Shown: one piece after another, positions 15,612 to 26,236 of the stretch | Layout: each line of letters starts with the position of its first letter | Numbering within the stretch: position 1 is the first letter of the stretch | Source: Octopus sinensis | Lineage: Eukaryota | DNA: 64,000 nucleotides | Assembly: GCF_006345805.1 (NCBI RefSeq) | Contig: NW_021835996.1 | Span: forward strand, 372,001 to 436,000 | Reading direction: 5' to 3' | Notes under the pieces: model-generated | The model's input: only the letters and a program-made list of their open reading frames with translations | What the model was told of the DNA's origin: nothing | Database searches by the model: none | Position numbers and translations under genes: made by a program

Positions 15612-15625
15612 ATCCCCATGGAAAT
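15612..15625 (+). promoter_or_regulatory. X-box-like (RFX) motif upstream of IFT46
   Basis: ATCCCCATGGAAAT matches the 12 inner positions of GTHNYY-AT-RRNAAC; 26 nt before the inferred ATG at 15652. Confidence 0.4.
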
Positions 15626-15651
15626 CAAAAATGAATTCTCAGAGTGATGAC

Positions 15652-16711
15652 ATGTCTTACACCCCAAGTGACGATAACGGAGTTGAATTTATATAAAAAT
15701 AGTGTTAAAGGTCAAACGAAGTGTGTTCGAACATTTAGAAGACTACGATTCTAACGAAGAAACTTTCAAAGTGAAGAATGACTCATCAGAGTATACAGGC
15801 CCTGAGATAAACATAAATACTCTGTACTGACTAATATAATAACAAAAAGTCCTTACAATCGATCGGACTATGATCATTTGATTGTTGATGAGAAACTTAA
15901 ACAGTTGTTTTTACAGATCGACAGGTTTAATCATTTTTCATCAAATTCAAGTTACCATTCAATTGATGTTGATATGCCTTCGTACCTCAGACCCTTCATA
16001 CCAGATTATCTACCAGCAGTAGGTCACGTCCCAGACTTTATCAAAGTCACATATAACTACTTAATGTATAGGTTCCACGTCCAGATGGACAAAAAGATGA
16101 GTTAGGGTTGACTGTGGTTGATGAACCTTCTTCCAACCAGTCAGATCCTGCAGTTTTGAATTTAAAATTACGCGCTCTATCAAAAAAGTCTAATTTTGAA
16201 TCTCAGGTTTTGTTTTTATATATTCCCAGGTTGTTAAAAAACTAACTAACCCCGAAACTCGAGAAAAAGAAATTGAGAAATGGATCTATGACATATCTGA
16301 CCTTCACATGAATAATCCTCCGCCAGTAGTTTTATACAAAAAGTAATTTTTAAATGTATATTATAGAAATATGCCCGACATTGAACAACTGATGCAACAA
16401 TGGCCTCCGGAATTGGAAGAAATAATTAGCTCGGTCTTTCTGTATATTGATTTTTTAGGGTGAGCTGCCACTTGACGAACTAAATGTATCTTTGGAAGAA
16501 TTCGTGGCTATAATTTGTGGCCTGTTGGATATTCCTATTTATGAGTCAAAGATCAAATCTCTTCATCACTTTTTTACTTTGTTTAGTGAGATTAGAAGTT
16601 CGCAAGTTTTTTGTTTTTTTTACTTTTTAGCACTTTCGAAATATTATGTCAAACAATCAACAATCCGATTCAAATGAAAAGCTAGAAGAAACGGATCGTT
16701 TAATATTATGA
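15652..16711 (+). CDS. IFT46: Intraflagellar transport protein 46, multi-exon
   Basis: YNRSDYDHL, LRPFIPDYLPAVG, VPRPDG, LGLTVVDEPSSNQSDPAVL, NMPDIEQLMQQWP, ICGLLDIPIY, KSLHHFFTLFSE all follow the IFT46 C-terminal domain. Confidence 0.93.
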
Positions 16712-17179
16712 TTTTGTTAAATTTTATTAATTTTTCATTCCAATAAGAGCTAATTTCTTTCACTTCTGACTTGTTTTTTTGCGACAGAGATCTATTATTC
16801 CTTACCAGGGTACATTTTCACTTTCTATGAATATCGATATTCGTAAAGAAACATGATAACTTCCTTGTCCCAAAATAAAAGTAATTTGTCAGTTTAAAAG
16901 AGAGGTTCCTGAGCTTTATTCTCTCTGGATCTCTCTGTGCTTCTTTTTTAATAGGAATGAGTCTCTTTGAACTGTGTCTATAACAGCCATGACTTCACGG
17001 AATGTGATATTTACTGTACTGACTATAAGATCTTGAATCAAACCATTCTCAAAACTTGCTGAGTGTAGAGAGTTTTTATTTTATATTTTAATTGTCTTTC
17101 CATTATATACATTTAGTTTTTATGCTGTTACTTTTTTTATCAGGGGCTTAGCATTTGGGTGAAAAGTTGTTATAGAATG

Positions 17180-17913
17180 TCACGCGTTAGATAACTCGCT
17201 AGATACGTATATATCACTAACACTCCTTTTGCTGCTGTAGAACATTTCTAATTTTCTCAATTTGTCCAAATCCTTCTTCCTGGCTATTGTTTATTTTCTC
17301 GTCACCAATGTAGAAATTTTAGGGGAACTTGAACAGATCTATATACTATGAATGTACGGCTATTTTAGAAAAAGTGAAAACTCGAGGTGGTCAAGCATTA
17401 ACTTTTCACTTACTTGCGAATCTAATGGACCCAACATGTTGTGGGAAATCTTTTTCAACTGTAGAGATTGACATCGCTTTGGAGTATTGTGCTGAACATT
17501 ATGAATATGCTCTCCCGATCCTGATTAATTTCTAATCAAGTTCAAGCTTATTGAGTAAAGTATCACCTATAGCTTGATAGGAGTCGAATTCTTACCAGTT
17601 ACCTGCTGAAACAATTTCAATCTTCAAAAAATACTTGAAGCAGCCGCTTTAACAGGTGGTATAGAACGAATTTTTTCGACTTTTGGGTTCCTACATTCGA
17701 ATGTACGAAATAGGCTTGGAATTGAAAAGGCTGTCAAACTTGACTTTGTTTACAAGCTTGTAAATAAATACGATTTATTTTATTTATTTTGTTTTTAAAC
17801 AAAGATCATTTATTTCACAAAAATCTGATTTAAATCAAAAAAATTTTGTTTAAATTAAACAAATCAGATTTTTTTGATTTCTTTAATAAAAATCATGATT
17901 TTTAACAACCCTG
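17180..17913 (+). mobile_element. Deleted hAT transposase remnant with right terminus
   Basis: LARYVYITNTPFAAVEH, LLANLMDP, IERIFSTFGFLHSNVRNRLG motifs; terminal ...AATCATGATTTTTAACAACCCTG (CAGGGTTG-type TIR). Left end not found. Confidence 0.75.
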
Positions 17914-17989
17914 TTTAATTTTAATAAGTTTTTAAAAGGGAGATTATTAAACGAAGTATTATCCACCCTATGTTATAGAATTTAAAATA

Positions 17990-20240
17990 TGAATAATGAC
18001 TCAGTGAGCTGACAGCTATAAGTCTCTATAGACTGTTTAACTAGAAGACTGATCAATATGTACATTCCTCCAAATTCGTCCTGTCCTCACAATTGAACCT
18101 CTTCAATTCAAAACCTCCAGTCATTCACCAATGTTATTATTTGTGGTGATATGAACGCAGAATTCGATTTGGCTAAAAATTAATGTCTCAACTCAAGATG
18201 ACTTAAAAAAACTCTCTCAATGATTTCAATATCAACAGTTAGACAGATGCAGCAGTCAATCACCTAAATGCTTTCATCATTTCTAACCCCAAAAAATTCA
18301 TTCCTCAAGGAACAATTAAAAATTCCCGCCAAAGTTACAGCCACGAAATAAACTCTCTCATGAAGACTCGCTACAAACTAAAACAGACAACAAGGCACTC
18401 TGCCGAGTGCTCTATTGACCTGAGGAACCTAAACAAACAAATCACCGCTGCCATAAATCTGCATGTAGAATCCAAGTGGACTTAATTTATCGCCTCAATC
18501 CACTACAGATCAAACAGCTTCAAAATCTCGAAGACCCTCAAAAACAGGAATGGTTAATTTATGAATAGCCAAAATCCTACAAATCTGGTACTTCTCATTT
18601 AAATACTTTACTCAATTAACAACACTTTCCCAATTCGTGCAGGACAACTTTAATGAGAAGAGACTGTAAAAGTGAACAGTCCTAGCTTACATTGACATCT
18701 CTAAGACTTTCGACAAGGTTCCTCGTTGTGAACTCACCAACAAAATCCTGAAGACCGACCTAAACTCAAACTAAAATCCTGGCTTGCAAGCTTTTTATTG
18801 GGCAGAATGGGTTACGTCTCCCTTATAGACAATTGTTTTAAACAACGTTATCTTCCAAACGTGGTACCATAAGGTTCCGTGCTGTCTCCGGCCTTGTTCA
18901 ACCTTTATTTGCACGACTCAAACAACTTGACACTGTCTTATGCAGACGACATTATTATTGCCTAAAAACAGGAAGACTACTACTAAACTGCCTCCTTCAA
19001 TTACACTCCTCGACAAAAAAAATGATTCAAAATTCATATTTAGTTTTTCTTTGAAAATCTTATAAATATTCTAATTTCAAAAAACTTAGTAGATTAGTTG
19101 TAATTATTATTACTTAATTTTAATAAAATATTTGTTAATTACATTAATTTGGAAAAATTAAAAGCATGACACACAATATGTTAGTATATGTCAGTGACAA
19201 AAAAATGATTCAAAATTAACCCATTCCTAATTAATATCTGGTATGCTCTCCTTTTGCTGTAAAAATTTCCCAGCATCGTTTTTTAACTGATAGAATGAGT
19301 TTTCAATAAAATGTTTTGGAATATTTTCCCAAATATGGAGAAGTTCCTGCTTTAGTTCTTTGACATTTTTTACATCGACTTTGCGTAATTCAGCCTTCAT
19401 ATGAGCCCATATATGCTCAATTGGGTTCAGATCGAGGAGTGTATACTCCGTTAAGGACAGGCTTGAACCTTCGTCCTCAAGTCCTCGGTCACCCTATTAT
19501 CTACCGACAAAAGACAATCAAACAAACATCCCATGCTATCTCTTTTGGATTCTGACCTTCCGCTATCCAAACACTCCATTGTTCTCAGATTTACCTTTAA
19601 CAAACAAACCATGTCCTTTAACAAAGACATCTCAAACATCTCAGACAAAGCAAACAAACGTACAAACATTCTAAAAGCAATAAGTGGTCGCATCACTGGT
19701 GCCCAGAAGCTATTCATACAACGAGTCTACAAACAATTAATCCGCTTTACGTAAATCCTACCTTCCTTGCACTGCTCTAAACATGCTAAATGACAATGTC
19801 CGTGCACTGAGAAATACGCCTGCTAGACAATACTCCCAGGTCCTTGCTAAAATCAACAACCTGAACCATTGTTCACAGCTAATAAAAAATCAACGATTTT
19901 ATTTCCACGTCGTCAATTCTAGCTGACTCCTGACTCCATTCTCAAAAAACTTTAACCGAAGTTCACCCCTCCGAAATGATTCTGGAGCGTTTATCACCAC
20001 TCATTAAACTTCTACACCCACACAATGGACGACTCGATCTTTCCTTTTTGTAACTTTGGATGTGTCGACAACCACTCAACCGATCACCCTTTCCGCTGAC
20101 CTTGTCTTTTCCTTATCCGCAGAAAACTTGCCGTTCACTCCTCGAGGTCCTTTTGAAGGATCCCGTAAAGTCGCTCTTGTTCCTGCCAGCCACTGGTCTC
20201 ATATTCTTATGTGTTGACCGAGGTTATGCAACAACAATTA
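17990..20240 (+). mobile_element. Decayed Jockey/I-like LINE remnant
   Basis: ICGDMNA (APE), YIDISKTFDKV, GSVLSPALFNLYLHD, SYADDII, ISDKANKRTNILKAISG; many stops and deletions; unrelated AT-rich stretch at about 18990-19500. Confidence 0.8.
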
Positions 20241-20291
20241 AAAATATCCTTCAAAATAAACTTATATTCTGAAGGATTTTTAGCAGAACTT

Positions 20292-20749
20292 CTATATCAG
20301 TATCAAATGAAAGGAAAGATTAAACTTCAATTTTGAGTATTTTTTAGCGTAGGAAATCCATTTGATTATAGAAAATGAATTAGTTCGTTTCTTAGAGGTC
20401 CCACGTAATACTATCATCTGATACAGTAAATATATACAATTAATGAAAACCATCCAAACAACATTCAATCCGAAACTGGTTCTAAAATGTTTCAGACAAA
20501 AACTCAGTACTGATGCAATAAACATTATCTACCCAGACTTTAGTTACAGACATAAAAAAACATATATGAGGAGGTATTGTCGGAATTATTAAATATCAAT
20601 ATTACAAAATAGAATATATATAAAGACACGATTTTCAAAAAACATGAGACCCGGGGACACACAAACAAGCTAGGCTTATTGCTTAGGAATGAAAACATAA
20701 ATAACTCAATTAAAAAAACGCAAGAGTAGCCTTTTATTGTGTCTGACAT
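20292..20749 (-). CDS. Small multi-pass membrane protein, possibly TMEM138-like
   Basis: Two hydrophobic ORFs (20540-20749, 20292-20525) begin at ATG 20749; loose resemblance to TMEM138 (YSCVFLIELFMFSF; LKHFRTSF; TNSFSI). The family call is weak. Confidence 0.35.
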
Positions 20750-20843
20750 TTTAAAATTTTATCTAAATATTATACAATGAAAATCCTTGTTAATTTGTTT
20801 AAATAAATACAATAAATTATCAAATTAAATAATTTTGTCGTGA

Positions 20844-21558
20844 ATGGGGTTAGATGATGATTTTGTGTCCGACAAAGGTTTACAACAAATTTATTTATCC
20901 GAGGACTATATCAAGAAAAAGTACCTGGAAATTTTTCAAAGAAAAATGCACATATTATGTCAGAGCAACGTCGTCGAGATTCGATCAAAGTAGAATTTCT
21001 TAATTTAATTAGAACGGATACTTTGACCTGGCTAATTTGTTAGCAAGTCTTGCAGGTCAGAAGTGTAATTCCGATATTCCCAAAATGAGTAAATCGACAA
21101 TTTTGCAAGCTGGTAAATATTTACGGAGATTTTCTACCAATTAGCAACTGAGCATATAAAACTCCAGAATGAACGTAAAAAGGCGTTGATTGCGGAGGTC
21201 GATCAAATGGAAAAGGAACTTTACGCTGTAAATATAATGCTTGAGTATTAGAGGTATATTTAGAAATTTTAGACACTATGAAAATATTCTTGAGCAATTC
21301 CAGTTAGTTGGGAGATTCTCTGATTCAAAATTGAGTGGTGACCAAAAGAGACGTATTGTTGGGATTATTGAATAATTAATTTTCTAGTTTCAGAAATTGT
21401 TAGATGATATGTTTACATCATTTGACTCTGCAGTCACTACGAATAGTTTTAATGAGATGGCTTCGTCGACTTTGCGCTGGGTAGAAGATTTTTTTATCCG
21501 TGACAATATCCAGAAATTTGTTAAATCATCTCTCGAGAAAATGGATGTAATTTTATAA
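20844..21558 (+). CDS. MLX: Max-like protein X (bHLH-ZIP-DCD), not in the ORF track
   Basis: Spliced basic region NAHIMSEQRRRDSIK|NGYFDL, helix 2 KMSKSTILQA, C-terminal DCD-like FTSFDSAVTTNSFNEMASSTLRWVED; includes 26-nt and 23-nt introns. Confidence 0.85.
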
Positions 21559-21779
21559 GGATATCTAATCATTACTAACATTTATTACACCGTGTCACCG
21601 CATTTCTTCATTATTTTAATGTCCTTAGTTAAAGAATATGAGTGTCATGAAATAGAAATATTAGTGACTAGCTCGGCAGCTCGCTTCGCTCACCGCGACC
21701 TAGCTCCTGCGGAGGGCCTGTTTCATCAAACAACTATAAGTTTATGTAGATGTATAAAACTACCTGGTTTAATGTAACC

Positions 21780-22100
21780 CTATTCTATCGCCTGTTGATA
21801 AACGATGTTTGTCGTCCGTCCTTCCTTGGCATATATGAATAAATTTTCTCTTCTGCCTACCCTCGAGCATCCCACATACAGCTGTCCATGTGAAAAGCAC
21901 TCACTCTCTAAAAATAACCCAACTACCTTTAATGACTGTCCCTGGGCCTTGTTTATTGTCATTGCAAAACTCATCCTCAAAGGAAATTGCAGCCTTTTAA
22001 ATCTAAATGGTAATTCATCAGAAATTATCGGAATTCGTGGAATATAAACATCCTCACCTCAATACTTACCTGTTAATATCGTCGCCTCTATTACGTTAGC
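21780..22100 (-). pseudogene. Helitron PIF1 helicase C-terminal remnant
   Basis: FKRLQFPLRMSFAMTINKAQGQSLKVVGL..HGQLYVGCSRVG; in-frame stop upstream. Confidence 0.92.
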
Positions 22101-23529
22101 CATCTTTCTTCAGCTTCATTTTTCCTCCTTCGGTTATCTATTTAAAAAATTATTTTTGAATAATAAAAAATATTAGGAAAAAAGAGGCATACAGAAAATA
22201 AATTCTATCTTTACGAAAAACTTCTTTTCTTAAGGTCGTCTTCCCTCTTTCGGTTATCTATTGAAAAAATTATTTTTGAATAATAAAAAAATTTAGGAAA
22301 AGAGGCATACCGAAAATAAATTCTATCTTCACGAAAAACTTAACTAAATAGCTAATATTTTTACGCAAATTCTTCTGATTGCGCTGTCAATTGGTGGTAA
22401 ATTGTGTTAATGATTGTGCTAATGTGGTTTCAACTATCAAAGTGTTTTTCAAAATCAGTTAATTGCACACTCTATTCAAGGTCGTGCGTCAATTGGTGGT
22501 AAATTGTGTTAATGATTGTGCTAATCTGGTTTCAACTATCAAAGTGGTTTTTCAAAATCTGTTAATTGCACACTCTATTCAAAGTCGTGCAATCTGTGAT
22601 TGCACATTCTGTCAAAGTCAAATATGATAATAGCTTTAATTTTGATTCATGGTCGATAATGATATATGCATTTAAGGTACTTTTGTCGAAGTGGTCGCAG
22701 TTTTTTTAGAAGATAATTAAAATTAATTAATTTTTTTAGTGAAAAATAGATTATTTAATTTATAACCCTCTATCAATAATTTAAATGGTTATTAAAATTA
22801 TTTAAAAATTTATTTAACCAATTTAGTCATTTTTAGTACGCGGCATCCAAATTCCAGGACTGTAGAAGGAATTTATGTCTTTTACAATCTGTGCAAAACA
22901 TTCCTTATAGTTCTGTATTTGTTTTCGCCACATAAATTCTGAAAAAATAACGGTACTTTTGTCGAAGTGGTCGCAGTTTTTTTAGAAGATAATTAAAATT
23001 AATTAATTTTTTTAGTGAAAAATAGATTATTTAATTTATAACCCTCTATCAATAATTTAAATGGTTATTAAAATTATTTAAAAATTTATTTAACCAATTT
23101 AGTCATTTTTAGTACGCGGCATCCAAATTCCAGGACTGTAGAAGGAATTTATTTTGAAAGGATATCCACATTTTGCAGAAAATGCACTGCATCCTCCTTA
23201 CTTATTGGGAGCTGTCGGAATATAAATTAGTAAAAAATTTAATAATATTTTAAATTATTGATAGAGCGACTTAAATAAAATATAATATATTCCACCTCAA
23301 AAATTATTAGATTTTTTAAAAGGCCTAAAAAAACTGCGACCACTTAGAAGATAATTAAAATTAAGGCCTAAAAAAACTGCGACCACTTCGACAAAAGTAC
23401 CGCATTAATTTTAAAGAGAAAAACATAGGATGAATTGAATTTCTTTATCGCGAATAATTGGGAGTTCATCATTGTTAATATTCTCGCTGTCGTTTTCATC
23501 AGGATATTCTTAATACGTGAGATTTTTGC

Positions 23530-24530
23530 CTTGAAGGTTTTAATGGACCTCATCATGAATGTCGAGGACATTCGCGTTGTTCATTTTAATCAAAATGCAG
23601 AAAATAATTTTTTGATTTTTTGGGGGGGAAGGTTTTAAGGACTTCATCATGTAAGTCGAGGACATTGTAGTTGTTCATTTTAACCAAAATGCAGAAAATT
23701 TTTTTTTAATTTTTTTTGGGGGGGAAGGTTTTAAGGACTTCATCATGTAAGTTGAGGACATTGTAGTTGTTCATTTTAACCAAAATGCAGAATTTTTTTT
23801 TTAATTTTTTTGGGGGGGAAGGTTTTAAGGACTTCATCATGTAAGTCGAGGACATTGTAGTTGTTCATTTTAACCAAAATGCAGAAAATTTTTTTTTTAA
23901 TTTTTTTTGGGGGGGAAGGTTTTAAGGACTTCATCATGTAAGTCGAGGACATTGTAGTTGTTCATTTTAACCAAAATGCAGAAAATTTTTTTTTAATTTT
24001 TTTTGGGGGGGAAGGTTTTAAGGACTTCATCATGTAAGTCGAGGACATTGTAGTTGTTCATTTTAACCAAAATGCAGAAAATTTTTTTTTAATTTTTTTT
24101 GGGGGGGAAGGTTTTAAGGACTTCATCATGTAAGTCGAGGACATTGTAGTTGTTCATTTTAACCAAAATGCAGAAAATTTTTTTTTAATTTTTTTTGGGG
24201 GGGAAGGTTTTAAGGACCTCATCATGTAAGTCGAGGACATTGTAGTTGTTCATTTTAACCAAAATGCAGAAAATTTTTTTTTAATTTTTTTTGGGGGGGA
24301 AGGTTTTAAGGACTTCATCATGTAAGTCGAGGACATTGTAGTTGTTCATTTTAACCAAAATGCAGAAAATTTTTTTTTAATTTTTTTGGGGGGGAAGGTT
24401 TTAAGGACTTCATCATGTAAGTCGAGGACATTGTAGTTGTTCATTTTAACCAAAATGCAGAAAATTTTTTTTTAATTTTTTTGGGGGGGAAGGTTTTAAG
24501 GACCTCATCATGTAAGTCGAGGACATCGTA
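23530..24530. repeat. Tandem satellite, ~96-bp unit, about 11 copies
   Basis: ACTTCATCATGTAAGTCGAGGAC starts at 23641, 23737, 23831, 23928, 24024, 24120, 24216, 24312, 24407 and 24502, plus one diverged copy near 23545. Confidence 0.97.
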
Positions 24531-24552
24531 TTGCCAATTTGAAGTTGGTGTG

Positions 24553-24617
24553 CACACACAGACAGACAGACAGACAGACAGACACACAGACAGACAGACA
24601 CACAGACAGACACACAC
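24553..24617. repeat. (GACA)n/(CTGT)n microsatellite at Helitron 5' end
   Basis: Direct reading; about 20 nt from the TC terminus. Confidence 0.95.
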
Positions 24618-24779
24618 CATACCATTTTATTATTAAGATTAAAAAATAGGGGGAACCGATATCGACTAATAAACACTTTGTACAAAAATAACTTGAAACC
24701 AATAAGGTCAAGAGGGACGAACCAAAAGCTCATAAATCATCTTAATTAATTTAAAGTCGCTTGTAGTGACGCGACCAAC

Positions 24780-26023
24780 ACCTACACGCCTGCTTGAGCA
24801 ATGTAGAGCAATTCTCCATCAAAGATTGCTTGAACAGTACGTCGAAGAAGTTGAACAGGTCAATTATGGTCCAAAAATATTTTGAGCTATTCAATTGCTA
24901 AACAGAATAAACAGACCCAAAAAGTTAATTCTAATAAATGAAGAATGTTTGATAAAAAAAGCTGGGCGAAAAAATTTCTGTATAGTTTGAATGTCTCTTT
25001 AGAAATGACAATGAGCACATACCTCAGTTTTTAGGCAACTGTTCCAATTACTATCACAGAGATGCAAACTGCTCTGCAGAATTTGAATAATGATAGGAGT
25101 CAGGATATTGATGGCATTAATGAAGAATTTTTAAAATACTCGCGAAGCTCACTCGTTCATCAGTTATGCGGCATACTAAATAACATGTTTATGACACATG
25201 CAGACGTTCACTTGGACAAGGAGTGCTATTTTTTGTTCAGAAACCAGGGAAGCCGGTTGAACCGGTTGAAAATTTCAGACCTATAATTTTCTTAACATCT
25301 CTACGAAAACTAAGAGAAGGAGATTAAGGCTGATAGTGTCTGGACACACAGATGGGTGTGTGCCATGACATAGAGGTCAGAAAAGCAGTTCATGTACTGG
25401 GGATAGATTTATCCAGAGCGTTTGACACTTCGCCGAGAAAAGCTTATTCATCTATTAGGAACATTGTTAGATGAGAACAGTTTGAGAATGATACGTGTCC
25501 TATTCGCAAACACTGAATTGAAAATGTGGCTATCTTACTGTGTAACTCGGGAACATGAGGACTGAATCAAAAATATGTTGAAAATATCAGTGCTTTTCAC
25601 AGGAAACAACTCAGGTCACTACTGGATATACACTATCCGATGAAGATCAAGAACCAAGACCTATACTCCATTTCCAAGGCAGAACACTTAGAGACAATTA
25701 TTACTAAGACCCGATGGGGACACTTCGGCCGCATACTACGGATGGATCTCTCTGTTTTAAGCCAATGACAATATAGAAGCATACTTTCAATGCTCTGAGC
25801 CTTTTCGATGAAGGCCACGGACGACACTACCACTGATCATAAATAATGACCTAAAGAATGCTGGATTGCTGCTAGAAGATGAAGACAATTTAGACAGCTT
25901 TCGGTAAATCACAATCTCAAAAAGAGTGTGGAGGTGTCTAACATACAAAATTTTCCAGAGTATGGCACAAGCGACAAGAGGATTATGACTTTCTTATTGT
26001 CGCGGATATGCTAATAATAATAA
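24780..26023 (+). mobile_element. RTE-like LINE remnant with internal deletions and (TAA)n tail
   Basis: IDGINEEFLKY, GIDLSRAFD, WGHFGRILRMD, GRPRTTLP motifs; ends in CTAATAATAATAAT. Confidence 0.8.
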
Positions 26024-26236
26024 TTTTACAGGACCAAAAAACGTTATGTTGACTAAAATCCTGTTTGTGCTATTCACATATTTATTTTAACAAGAGAAAA
26101 AAAACAAATGACTATTCATTCTAATTAATCCAAAATGAGGTTCAATTAATTCGTTTCCGATTGGTATAATTTAAGGAAAAATTTTCATGCATTCGTGATT
26201 TAGTAATTATAAATTCGAATTCCGCTAGTTGTTACA

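Larger units (their letters stand above)
21668..24638 (-). mobile_element. Non-autonomous Helitron copy 1 (2971 bp)
   Basis: Minus strand begins A|TCTTAATAATAAAATGG and ends GAGCTAG|T (canonical TC..CTAG in an AT target); contains PIF1 3' remnant, tandem duplications, ~96-bp satellite and (CTGT)n near the 5' end. Confidence 0.92.

Noticed and set aside
22062-22072. ATACTTACCTG, identical to the U1 snRNA 5' end
   Set aside because: It is the antisense of helicase codons (TGKY); no U1 stem-loops or Sm site follow.
23530-24530. Regular ~95-bp arrays (also 47368-48525) as CRISPR-like repeat-spacer arrays
   Set aside because: Whole units are repeated with no unique spacers, there are no cas genes, and both arrays lie inside eukaryotic Helitrons.
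24446-24733. ORFs with VCLSVCLS repeats (also 48538-48819)
   Set aside because: They are translations of the (CTGT)n microsatellite.
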